The notes beneath the pieces are model-generated. The model searched no databases and was not told where the DNA came from. It worked only from the letters and a program-made list of their open reading frames with translations. Positions 1 to 10,125 of a stretch of 64,000 bases of DNA are shown in pieces (positions within the stretch are counted from its first letter, which is position 1; each line of letters starts with the position of its first letter). The DNA comes from Malacoraja senta. Lineage: Eukaryota. The translations under genes and the position numbers were made by a program. The DNA lies in NCBI GenBank assembly GCA_038087875.1, contig CM075996.1:4714001-4778000 (forward strand), given 5' to 3'.

Positions 1-79
1 TGAGGGGAGACTTGGGGAAGTGGAGGGGGAGGATTAGCTACAATCTCACTGCAATGTGGTTATGGTGGGATGTGAAGAA

Positions 80-364
80 ACATTCCAAAGAATGCTTCTT
101 CACATTCCAAAGAATGCTTCTTCACATTCCAAAGAATGCTTCTTCACATTCCAAAGAATGCTTCTTCACATTCCAAAGAATGCTTCTTCACATTCCAAAG
201 AATGCTTCTTCACATTCCAAAGAATGCTTCTTCACATTCCAAAGAATGCTTCTTCACATTCCAAAGAATGCTTCTTCACATTCCAAAGAATGCTTCTTCA
301 CATTCCAAAGAATGCTTCGTCACATTCCAAAGAATGCTTCTTCACATTCCAAAGAATGCTTCTT
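80..364. repeat. 22-bp minisatellite (CATTCCAAAGAATGCTTCTTCA)n, ~13 copies
   Basis: Units start at 81, 103, 125 ... 301, 323, 345. One variant unit at 301 (cttcgt). Confidence 0.97.
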
Positions 365-475
365 GTTACAATGCGTGTGGTAATTGATAAGCTGAAGCTT
401 TGCAGTGAAGAAACACTTGTATGAAAAACCTTAGGGACAGATTGGCCTATATCTGTGCTGTAGATTAGGCACTGT

Positions 476-1075
476 CAAGTCAAGTCTATTCGTCTTATAC
501 ACATACGTGATGTGCAGTGAAATGAAAAGTGGCAATGCTCGCGGATTGTGCAAAAAAAACTACAAACAGAATGGAACAGAATCACAAATTCACATATTAC
601 ATATTTGTGGGAGGGGAAAAAAAAGAAAAAACAGCAATTGAAAAAAGACACCACACAACAGTAGAATGGTTCAGTAAAGTTAGTCCCTGGTGAGATAGGA
701 GTTTACAGTCCTAATGGCCTCTGGGAAGAAACTCCTCATCCTCTCCGTTCTCACAGCATGGCAACGGGGGCGTTTGCCTGACCGTAGCAGCTGGAACAGT
801 CCGTTGCTGGGGTGGAAGGGGTCCCCCATGATCTTGTTGTCACTGGATCTGCACCTTCTGATGTATAGTTCCTGCGGGGGGGTGGGGGGGCGAGTGTAGT
901 TCCCATAGTGCGTTCGGCCGAATGCCCTACTCTCTGCAGAGCCTTCTTGTCCTGGGCAGAGCAGTTCCCAAACCAAATCGTGATGTTTCCGGACAAGATG
1001 CTTTCCACAGCCGCTGAGTAGAAGCACTGGAGGATCCTCAGAGAAACTCTGAATTTCCTCAATTGCAGTAGGAAC
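476..1075 (-). mobile_element. Rex1/Babar-like LINE 3' fragment
   Basis: ORF LRKFRVSLRILQCFYSAAVESILSGNITIWFGN..DKKALQRV resembles the RT C-terminus. (TTGAC)n tail at 476-486. Same family at 30772-31190 and 52676-53372. Confidence 0.8.
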
Positions 1076-1242
1076 AGCGGTGATATGATGGTCCTCAGGG
1101 ACCCTAAACAACACCAACACCAGACATGGACACAAATTGCTGGAGTAACTCAGGCGGCATCTCTGGAGAGAAGGAATGGGTGACGTTTCGGGTCGAGACC
1201 CTTCTTCAGACTGAGAGTTAGGGGAGAGGGACACTAGAGATA

Positions 1243-1590
1243 GGACGACAGGTGGCGCAATGGGCTAAGTGTTCGGCTGGCAACCGGAAGGTAGCCGGTT
1301 CGAATCCCGCTTGGAGTGCATACTGTCGTTGTGTCCTTGGGCAAGACACTTCACCCACCTTTGCCTGCGTGTGAATGTGTGTGAATGTGTGTGAGTGATT
1401 GGTGGTGGTCGGAGGGGCCGTAGGCGCAGATTAGCAGCCACGCTTCCGTCAGTCTGCCCCAGGGCAGCTGTGGCTACAGAAGTAGCTCACCACCACCGAG
1501 TGTGACTGAGGAGTGAATGAATAATGCGATGTAAAGCGCCTTGAGTATTAGAAAGGCGCTATATAAATCCCATCCATTATTATTATTATT
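1243..1590 (+). mobile_element. tRNA-derived CORE-type SINE with L2-type tail
   Basis: A box TGGCGCAATGG, B box GGTTCGAATCC, CORE-like GTGTCCTTGGGCAAGACACTTCACC, 3' TGTAAAGCGCCTTGAG..AAAGGCGCTATATAAAT(TTA)n. Confidence 0.85.
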
Positions 1591-1772
1591 AAGGTAGACA
1601 CAAAAAGCTGGCGTAACTCAGCGGGACAGCATCTCTGGAGAGAAGGGATGACTGAAGAAGGGTCTCGACCCGAAACGCCACACATTCCTTCTCTCCAGAG
1701 ATGCTGCCCGTCCCGCTGAGTTACTCCAGCATTTTCTGTCTATCTTCGGTGTAAAACTGCAGTTCCTTCCTA
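1591..1772. mobile_element. Penelope-like element (PLE) terminal fragment, fold-back hairpin, subfamily A
   Basis: Arms (gctggcgtaactcagcgggac..ctctggagagaagg / ccttctctccagag..gtcccgctgagttactccagc) are inverted copies around CTGAAGAAGGGTCTCGACCCGAAAC. Confidence 0.75.
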
Positions 1773-1944
1773 CGCACAACGCCAGCACAGTTTGTTCTCT
1801 CTGAGAAACATCCTGAGACAGAAGCCAAAACCCTTTTATGTTTACACACTAGACCACGGATTGAAACCCCAATGGAATTGTTGATGGAGTCCATTGACCC
1901 ACCGGCCTGCTCTGGTCCAGAGAAAAAAAAACATTTGAAGTAGA

Positions 1945-2580
1945 CTACATCATCTTGTTGGAACTGACAGTGCCGTGGGAGGACCGTCTGGAGGAGGCCC
2001 ACGAGAGGAAGATGACCAAGTACGAAGAGCTGGTCATAGACTCCCATAGGCAGGGCCGGAAGGCAAGGTGTATGCCCATCGAGGTTGGCTGCAGGGGTTT
2101 TGCAGGGCAAAGCCTTGAGTGCGCTGGGCATCAACGGAGTGGCAAGGACAAGAGCCATCAAGAACAACACAGAGGCAGCGGAGAAGGCCTCGAGATGGCT
2201 CTGGATCAGGAGAGGAGGTCCATGGGGAGGGGCGGATGCCACCTGAACACAAGTCGTGGTCTGATCAACCACGGCTGGGTCGCCTGGGTGAAGGTGTCTG
2301 ATGTTGAAAGACCCGAAACACCCGACGACCCCGGGTTACATCACCGATGACTTGTTAAAGAAGGAACTGCAGATGCTGGAAAATCGAAGGTACATAAAAA
2401 TGCTGGAGAAACTCAGCGGGTGCAGCAGCATCTATGGAGCGAACGACAGTCTGAAGAAGGGTTTCGGCCCGAAACGTTGCCTATTTCCTTCGCTCCATAG
2501 ATGCTGCTGCACCCGCTGAGTTTCTCCAGCATTTTTGTCTACCTACATCACTGATGATGTGTTCAGCAGCATCAAGAGAT
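1945..2580 (+). mobile_element. HERO-like (restriction-like endonuclease) non-LTR retrotransposon 3' fragment
   Basis: LLELTVPWEDRLEEAHERKMTKY..PIEVGCRGFAGQSL, then after a frameshift NNTEAAEKASRWLWIRR. Interrupted at 2351-2543 by a PLE hairpin. Confidence 0.75.
2351..2543. mobile_element. PLE fold-back insert, subfamily B, with 14-bp TSD
   Basis: TSD tacatcac(c/t)gatga at 2337-2350 and 2544-2557. Core CTGAAGAAGGGTTTCGGCCCGAAACGTT. Confidence 0.8.
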
Positions 2581-3072
2581 GTATTTTTTTTTAATCAATC
2601 TCACATTTCCCCTGCGAAGTTGCATACTTTCCCTTCAAATATCCCCCTTTGCAATTACTGCACCTGCCTTCCTTTAAGGACAAAGCATCGCACACCACGA
2701 GAATATGCTGCGTGTGAAACAATTACATCTCAGTGTCTGGTTCTTGTTGCCAATTACCTGAAGTGCTCCACTAAAACATCTTGTCTTTGACAATCACCGT
2801 GTATCGCAGAGCCACTAATAAATGCTCATCTACCTGCTCGGATCTGACCACAGATGATCGCCTCAGTACAAACCCACCAACATTAGCAGAGGCGTTGGGA
2901 ATTATCAGGGGGTGTCAATTGACGTAAAATCAAAGCATTTCTATTTCTTCAGATTCTGCGGTAGACACAAAATGCTGGAGTAACTCAGCGGGACAGACAG
3001 CGTCTCCGGAGAGAAGGAAAGGGTGACGTTTTCGGGCTGAGACCCTTTCACCTTTGTGCGATATTAGTATGA

Positions 3073-3401
3073 AAGGCATGTTCCCGATGTTGGGGGAGTC
3101 CAGAACCAGGGGGCACAGTTTAAGAATAAGGGGTAAGGCATTTAGAACGGAAATGAGGAAACACTTTTTCACACATAGAGTGGTGAGTCTGTTGAATTCT
3201 CTGTCTCAGAGGGCGGTGGAGGCCAGTTCTCTGGACACTTTCAAGAGAGAGATAGATAGGGCTCTTAAAGATAGCGGAGTCAGGGGAGAAGGCAGGAACG
3301 GGGTACTGATTGGGGATGATCAGCCATGAGCACATTGAATGGCGGTGCTGGCTCGAAGGGCCGAATGGCCTACTCCTGCACCTATTGTCTGTTGTCTATT
3401 G
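3073..3401 (+). mobile_element. CR1-clade LINE (HER1-like) 3' end
   Basis: MFPMLGESRTRGHSLRIRGK..FFT.RVV..NSL motif. Tail GGCCGAATGGCCTACTCCTGCACC(TATTGTC)n. Confidence 0.85.
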
Positions 3402-3825
3402 ACACTTCCAGAGCATTGAGCGTTTTGAAGCGGTGAAGTGGATGTATATTATCGTTATCAGATATTGGAAGGGAAATATGAGATTCACCTTAATTATGTG
3501 TTACAAATCACCTTTAAAAAGATAATAAATTACTTTGTACCGAGGTACAGAGCAACGCTTTTGTTTGCGTGCTATCCAATTAAATCAGACAATACTACAC
3601 ATTAATAGAATCGAGCCAAACACAAAGGGTGGAGTGAAGAGAATGATACAAAGTGAGAAATAGAGTTCTCAGAATTGTGGCATGACGATTCCAGAGACAA
3701 GTCTAATGTCTACGATGAGCTAGGTTGGAAAATTGGGGCCCAACCCTAGTTTGTGGGGGGACTGTTCAGAAGTCTGATAACAGGGGAATAAGCTGTTCCT
3801 CAGTCTGTGTGGGGTAAAGTGGAGT

Positions 3826-4030
3826 AGAAGGGAACTGCAGATGCTGGTTTACACCGAAGATGGACACAAAATGCTGGAGTAAGTCGGCAGGTGAGACAGC
3901 ATCTCTGGAGAGAAGGAATTTTGTGATTTTTCTGCTGAAGAAGGGTTCTCGACCCGAAACGTCACCTGTTCCTCTTCTCCAGAGATGTTGCCTGTCCCGC
4001 TGAGTTACTCCAGCATTTCGTGTCTATCTA
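3826..4030. mobile_element. PLE fold-back hairpin, subfamily A
   Basis: Inverted arms around CTGAAGAAGGGTTCTCGACCCGAAACGTC. Confidence 0.7.
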
Positions 4031-4455
4031 CGGGGCAGTGATGACCTTTGTTGCTGGTCTATTACCCTCCAAGAAGAACGAAGGATGTGAGTCTCGGAAA
4101 CCAGGATCACTCTGCCCAATCATCAGCACTCAGTCAATGCCCCATCTCATCGAAACTCAATCCTTTCAGTCCTCTGCCCCATCCACTCTTATGCCCAACC
4201 AACTCTGCCCCACCGTCTCCCTGCCCCTACCAACACTCTGCCCCACCAGGTCTCCGTCTGAACGATTCTCCGCCCCACCAACACACCACTCATTAACGAT
4301 CTGTCCCTTCACGACTCTGGCTCCACACCACACTCTGCCCCCATCAGTTCTTTGCTGCCCCCAACACTAACCCAACTCCATTCACAATCCGCTCCAGCAA
4401 AACTCTGGCCCATCCACTTCACCTCTTCAAAACGCTCAATGCTCTGGAAGAGTCA

Positions 4456-4975
4456 ACAGACAATAGGTGCAGGAGTAGGCCATTCGGCCCTTCGAGCCAG
4501 CACCGCCATTCAATGTGATCACGGCTGATCATCCCCAATCAGTGTTTAAGAAGGAACTGCAGATGCTGGAAAATCGAAGGTAGACAAAAATGCTGGAGAA
4601 ACTCAGCGGGTGCAGCAGCATCTATGCTGCTGCACCCGCTGAGTTTCTCCAGCATTTTTGTGTACCATCACCAATCAGTACCCCGTTCCTGCCTTCTCCC
4701 CATATCCCCTGACTCTGCTATCTTTAAGAGCCCTATCTAGCTCTCTCTTGAAAGCATCCAGAGAACCGGCCTCCACTGCCCTCTGAGGCAGAGAATTCCA
4801 CAGACTCACCACTCTCTGTGAGAAAAAGTGTTTCCTCGTCTCCATTCTAAACGGCTTACCCCTTATTCTTAAACTGTGTGTGGCCCCTGGTTCTGGCCTC
4901 CCCCAACATCGGGAACATGTTTCCTGCCTCCAGCGTGTCCAAACCCGTAATAATCTTACATGTTTCAATAAGATA
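4456..4975 (-). mobile_element. CR1 LINE 3' end with nested PLE-B hairpin (4544-4665)
   Basis: ORF HSLRIRGKPFRMETRKHFFSQRVVSLWNSLP..GYGEKAGTGY. Nested insert flanked by catc(c/a)ccaatcagt at 4530-4543 and 4666-4679. Confidence 0.85.
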
Positions 4976-5540
4976 CATTCAATAAGTCCCAGGAGCCCGG
5001 GGAGGTGGTAAATGTAATTCTGCTGGCGATGGAACAAGGGAGGGAAATAAATATTGCAGCAAGTGACCTGCCTGCGGTCAGTAAAATGCTGAAATCCATC
5101 ATCTAGGAGTCAGTCAAAATGCTGCAGTCCAAAGAAGGTCCCTGATGAGAATCGTTAGCTATCATGTTCTCCAGAGATGCTGCCTGACTGACCTGCTGAG
5201 TTGCTCCAGCACTTTGTGTCCTATTTTTTAAACCAACATCTGCAATTCTTTGTGTCTGCGTTCAGGAAACAGTAACAGGGTACAGAGAAATTCAGAACAC
5301 GTTTCTCAAGAGTGAACATGGTTTTTTGCAGGAAGAATCATAGTTTCACAGGTCTAATGGTTTAGCCGGCGGAATAGACACCGAGAGCCAGAGGACCCAA
5401 GGTAACCCTCGATTTTAAGAGACATTTCAGCAAGAGGCTACCTGGATAGAATAATCATTGGCGGAGGGAATGGATTCAAGGTCAGAGACAGTGGCTGAGA
5501 TTAAATGGGTAGGTTTTGGGTTGGTGATCTTTCACTAATG

Positions 5541-5760
5541 GTCACGGTGGCGCAGCGGTAGAGTTGCTGCCTTACAGCGAAATGCAGCGCCAGAGACCCG
5601 GGTTCGATCCCGACTACGGGTGCTGTCTGTATGGAGTTTGTACGTTCTCCCCGTGACCTGCGTGGGTTTTCTCCGAGATCTTCGGTTTCCTCCCACATTC
5701 CAAAGACGTGCATGTTTGTAGGTTAATTGGCTTGATTAATTGGCTTGATAAAATTGTCCA
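5541..5760 (+). mobile_element. tRNA-derived V-SINE (HE1-like)
   Basis: GGTGGCGCAGCGGTAGAG A box, GGTTCGATCCC B box, V-domain-like TGGAGTTTGTACGTTCTCCCCGTGACCTGCGTGGGTTTTCTCCG. Confidence 0.85.
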
Positions 5761-5910
5761 AGTTGGCGATATGCAGATTACTGCCCTGTTGACTACACAA
5801 TTCAGAAGGTTCAGAAGGTAATGGACTGCCACAGGGATCATTTCTGGGACCCCAGCTGTAGGCAAGTCATGTATAAAAAAAAAGAGTGCTACACATCTGT
5901 GTCTGGCCTT

Positions 5911-6460
5911 AGAAACATAGAAAATAGGTGCAGGAGGAGGCCATTCAGCCCTTCGAGCCTGCACCGCCATTCATTGTGATCATGTCTGATCATCCACAAT
6001 CAGTAACCCGTGCCTGCCTTCTCCCCATATCCCTTGATTCTGCTAGCCCCTAGAGCTCTATCTAACTCTCTCTTAAATTGGCCTCTACTGCCTTCTAATT
6101 GGCCTTTTAAATTGGCCTCTACTGCCTTCTGTGGCAGAGAATTACACAAATTCACAACTCTCTGGGTGAAAGGTTTTTTCCTCATCTCAGATTTAAATGG
6201 CCTCCCTTTTAATTCTTAGACTGTGGCCCCTGGTTCAGGACTCCCCTGTGGCCCCTGGTTCAGGACTTGGGAACATTTTTCCTGCATCTAGCTTGTCCAG
6301 TCCTTTTATAATTTTTGTATGTTTCTATAATATACCCTCTCATCCTTCTAAATTCCAATGAATACAAGCCCAGTCTTTCCAATCTTTCCTCAAATGACAG
6401 TCCCGCCATCCCGGGGATTAACCTGGTGAACCTATGCTACACTGTCTCAATAGCAAGGAT
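5911..6460 (-). mobile_element. CR1 LINE 3' end
   Basis: Same CR1 C-terminal motifs, (TTTCTATG) tail, internal short duplications. Confidence 0.85.
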
Positions 6461-7217
6461 TAGCAAGGATAAGCAAGGCCTTCATGTATATCTGAGTGGG
6501 AAGGTGATCCGTGAACAATGCACAAAAAAGATATAGCAGGGGAAGTGAATAGGCAAAATAATGTAACAGATGGTGCATAATGTGGAAAATGTGAGATCAT
6601 GAGAATGAGAAATTGAAACATTTTACAAAGTGTGAACTGCTGATGGATTCTAGTGAGCTGCCTCAGAAGACACAGGCAGGCACAGGCTGGCACAGTAAGT
6701 AATTAAGGCGGATGGCATGTTGGCCTTCCTTGAAAAGAGATTGAAGTACAAGAAATTCAGATGCACAGCACTTTTTATCAGAGTTCCACTCTGAACATGA
6801 ACAGTTTCCAAGGTGGAACCCGATGGCCAGCATTTCTGAGGCGAATCGAGCCCTCCTGAAAATCCACAGTGAATTCCTCGTGCCTTCAGTAGCACCTGAG
6901 ACGATGTCAATTCTCTAACATCACAGTGGGAGGGATATTAGATCCAGAGTGACACCCCTGGTACCAATGCATTTTCACAATGTAAAATTGGACTAAAACG
7001 TCACCTTGGCAATTTCTTGATATCCTTCAGAATCTTCCCCCACCGCCTGACAGCCAATAACAATAAGTCTGATGAAGGATCCCGACGAAACATCACCCAT
7101 ACTTTTTTTCCAGAGATGCTGCCTGACCCGCTGAGTTATTCCAGCACTTTGTGTCGAACAACACCAATAAAAACCTGGTCTTGCCCAAGCTCCTATCTGA
7201 CCCTAGACTACCTGTGG

Positions 7218-7737
7218 TCGGGTGGCCAACTTTCTCACTCCCAAATAAGGGGCAAAAGGTCAAAATAAGGGACAAATTCCCGACGGCTAATTCGTTGAGC
7301 GACTCGGCCGTGGCTGGGTGAATGATGAGTTGGCCCGGGTGCTGGACTGCACACAAAGCCCAGCCGGCGGGCCAGCTTAGGAGTTTTAGCCTGGGCGACA
7401 TCGCGCGCAAAGTCCAGCGCCCCATCCAACTCATGAACCGATGGTCGGCCGTGAGAAGGAGGGGTGGTGGTAGTGGTGTCGGCGGTAAGCGAAGGTACGA
7501 AGATCGGACAGCTGGCCGGGCTGCCGACCGACCGACGGGGCCACTGGCAAGGTGCTGCTGCTGCACTCCATGGGCTGCACTACGTCGAGACGAGTGAGGC
7601 GGGGCCGGACGCGGAGCCCCGACCCGACAGTCCCCTCGACCCGACTAGCAGCGGTCACATACGGGATATGGGCGGGATAACCAATTTAGCCCAAAATACG
7701 GGATGTCCCGGCTAATACGGGACAGTTGGCAACCTTA
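7218..7737. mobile_element. Non-autonomous DNA transposon, hAT (Blackjack-like) termini
   Basis: Imperfect TIRs TCGGGTGGCCAACT / AGTTGGCAACCTTA, subterminal AAATAAGGG / AATACGGG motifs, CpG-rich interior. TSD degenerate (5/8). Confidence 0.6.
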
Positions 7738-8110
7738 CCCAGTGCCATAGACTTTCCATGATCACCACAAATCTCCCCCCAAAGCCTGTGTTTAGACAAA
7801 GGCCACAATGAAAGCTCACCGCCCCTATCTGCTCTCTACCTGACGCCATTCCTAGTGACCTGAACTCACCTGATCACACCACAAACCCACTATCAGTCAC
7901 TTTACCAGCTCCAGTGTTGTAGGTTAATTGGCCCCTCTGTAAAATTGCCCCCTAATGTATAGGGAGTGAGTACAAAAGTTGGATAACATACAATTCCTGC
8001 CTCTAGCTTGTCCAGTCCTTTTATAATTTTATCTTATAGAAACATATAAAATTATAAAAGGACTGGACAAGCTAGATGCACGAAAAATGTTCCCAATGTT
8101 GGGCGAGTCC

Positions 8111-8843
8111 AATACAATACAATACAAAGCACTTTATTCGTCCCCGAGGGGCAATTTAAAAGGGCGCATTACAGTAGCTTCTAAAAAAAAAAAAAAAAAA
8201 AAAAAGAGACACAATCAACAAACATAAGCAGCACGCATACTGCACAATCAACCAACACACGCATCTCACAGACACACTGCACAATCACACAACACACACA
8301 GCACATCTACATTCAACACATAGTAATAATCTTCAACACATAGTAACATCCTCTAAAGTGCTTCCTTACTGCTTCAACCAGAAAGTGCCTATAGAAGGCC
8401 ATTTCACTTCACATGTTCGAGTCAGTGATCAGCATTAAAAAGCAGGACAGCCCTGGGGATGAAGGTTGCCTTCCTCCTCTGTGTCCGGCAACCCGGACAG
8501 CGAAGTCTGCGTCCTGAGGGGAGCCACTCAAACTCAGGAAACAGGATGTGAGAGGGGTCCTGAAGAATCCTGCGTGTCAACCTCCCAGACTGTTGGTCGC
8601 ATAGAGCAGCGAGAGTTCGGACGGGCTGCTCAATGATTTTTGAGCAGACCTTGACCACATTCAACAGGCGGTTTCTGTTTTGCAGGGTGATGGAGTGGAA
8701 CCAGCTAGTGAAAGAGAAAGTTATTACATTTTCAATGAATGCGTAGTAGAATGTGGTGAGAATGTCTTTGTTAATCCCAAATGACTTCAGCTTCCTGAGT
8801 AGGTACTGTCTCTGATGGCACTTTTTAAGGATTTCCTCTGTGT
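8111..8843 (-). mobile_element. Rex1/Babar- or L2-like LINE 3' fragment
   Basis: ORF KKCHQRQYLLRKLKSFGINKDILTTFYYAFIENVITF..DPSHILFPEFEWLPSGRRLR. (GTATT)n tail. Confidence 0.75.
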
Positions 8844-9016
8844 TAGAACCAGGGGGCCACAGTCTTACAATAAGGGGGGAGTCCATTTAAGACTGAGGTG
8901 AGAAAAAACTTTTTCACCCAGAGAGTTGTGAATTTGTGGAATTCCCTGCCACAGAGGGCAGTGGAGGCCAAGTCACTGGATGGATTTAAGAGAGAGTTAG
9001 ATAGAGCTCTAGGGGC

Positions 9017-9151
9017 GGGGAGATTGCAACCTTCATGTGGTCCGCCCTGTTTCGACGAATGCAATCAACCTGGCGTGCACAATCAAATAAGATCAAATAG
9101 AACAAGTTGTCCTACAACTTTAGGCTGTGCACGCCATACGCAAGAAGAAGA
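9017..9151 (+). mobile_element. 135-bp short retroposon with (AAG)n tail and 12-bp TSD
   Basis: TSD agctctaggggc at 9005-9016 and 9152-9163. Second copy at 15764-15892. Confidence 0.8.
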
Positions 9152-9904
9152 AGCTCTAGGGGCTAGTGGAATCAAGGGATATCATGATCACAATGAATGG
9201 CAGTGCTGGCTCGAAGGGCTGAATGGCCTCCTCCAGCACCTATTTTCTATGTTTCTAACTAGTTTCTAAGTGATCGATGGTCGGCATGGACCCCCGAGGG
9301 CTGAAATACTGTTTCTATGCTGTATCAGTAAAATACAAATAAAATCAGAATATGGGCTGCAGTCACAATATGTCTGGTGTAGCGATTACACCAGCTGAAT
9401 CACTGGTGAATGCACATCTCCAAGACTCCAGCAGTTCAAGGAGGGCAGCTCACAACGCCTTAAAGGCAATTAGAGATAGTAAATTAAATGCTGGCTCAGC
9501 CTGCGGAGTCCACAACGAATAATAAATGAATAATAACTAGAGTTTTGTTTTATAATCCAGCAGCTCCGGGCATTGATATGAACTACATCTTGTATAAAAG
9601 ATAACGTTTGCAATTAACAGATGGAAGTTAGGATAGAAGTAGTGTTTGCCTCTGGGGAGGAGAGCAGGTTTCCATGTATGAACACCCGATAAGCGATCAA
9701 TTTGAGTTTCAGGCACAGTCTTAACAAGGCTCAATATAAGTGGAGCAAGACCTTCCACTCTTAAACTCAAACGCTCGTGCAATGAAGGTTAACGCACCAT
9801 TTGCCTTCTTGGTCGCCTGCTGAACCGGGGGTTAATTTCCAGCCATTCCCTTACAAGATCAGCCGGAGTTACGCTCCACACCCAAAACCTTCCGATCTGT
9901 GGTT

Positions 9905-10125
9905 GGCACGGTGGCGCAGCTGGTAGAGACAACCGCCTCACGGTGACAAAGACCTGGGTTCGTTCCTGACCTCAAGAGCATTGTGTGTGGGACTCGCACA
10001 TTCGTCATCTAGCTTCCTCCCGCATCCCAAAGATGTGTGCTTTTGTAGTTTAATTGAACTCTGTAAATTGCCTCCCAGTGTGTACGGAGTGGACGTGAAA
10101 GTGGGATAACATAGAACTAGTGTGA
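9905..10125 (+). mobile_element. V-SINE (HE1-like), diverged
   Basis: GGCACGGTGGCGCAGCTGGTAGAG..GGGTTCGTTCC head and a diverged V-SINE body. Confidence 0.7.

Larger units (their letters stand above)
7994..9260 (+). mobile_element. CR1 3' fragment split by two nested insertions
   Basis: CR1 sequence at 8033-8110 resumes at 8844 (AGAACCAGGGG) and again at 9152. Confidence 0.8.

Noticed and set aside
12..424. Repetitive ORFs and CRISPR-like appearance of the 22-bp array
   Set aside because: Pure head-to-tail tandem repeat with no spacers, in eukaryotic DNA. The ORFs only reflect a unit lacking stop codons.
2290..2325. Hammerhead-like CTGATG..CCCGAAAC in the HERO 3' UTR
   Set aside because: The box reads CTGATGT, not CTGANGA, and there is no NUH site after GAAAC. 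Better explained as a simple GGTGT/ACACC stem-loop.
5541..5620. tRNA genes here and at 1248, 9905, 21990, 26045, 29283 and 31560
   Set aside because: A and B boxes run directly into SINE bodies and LINE-derived tails, so these are SINE heads and not tRNA genes.
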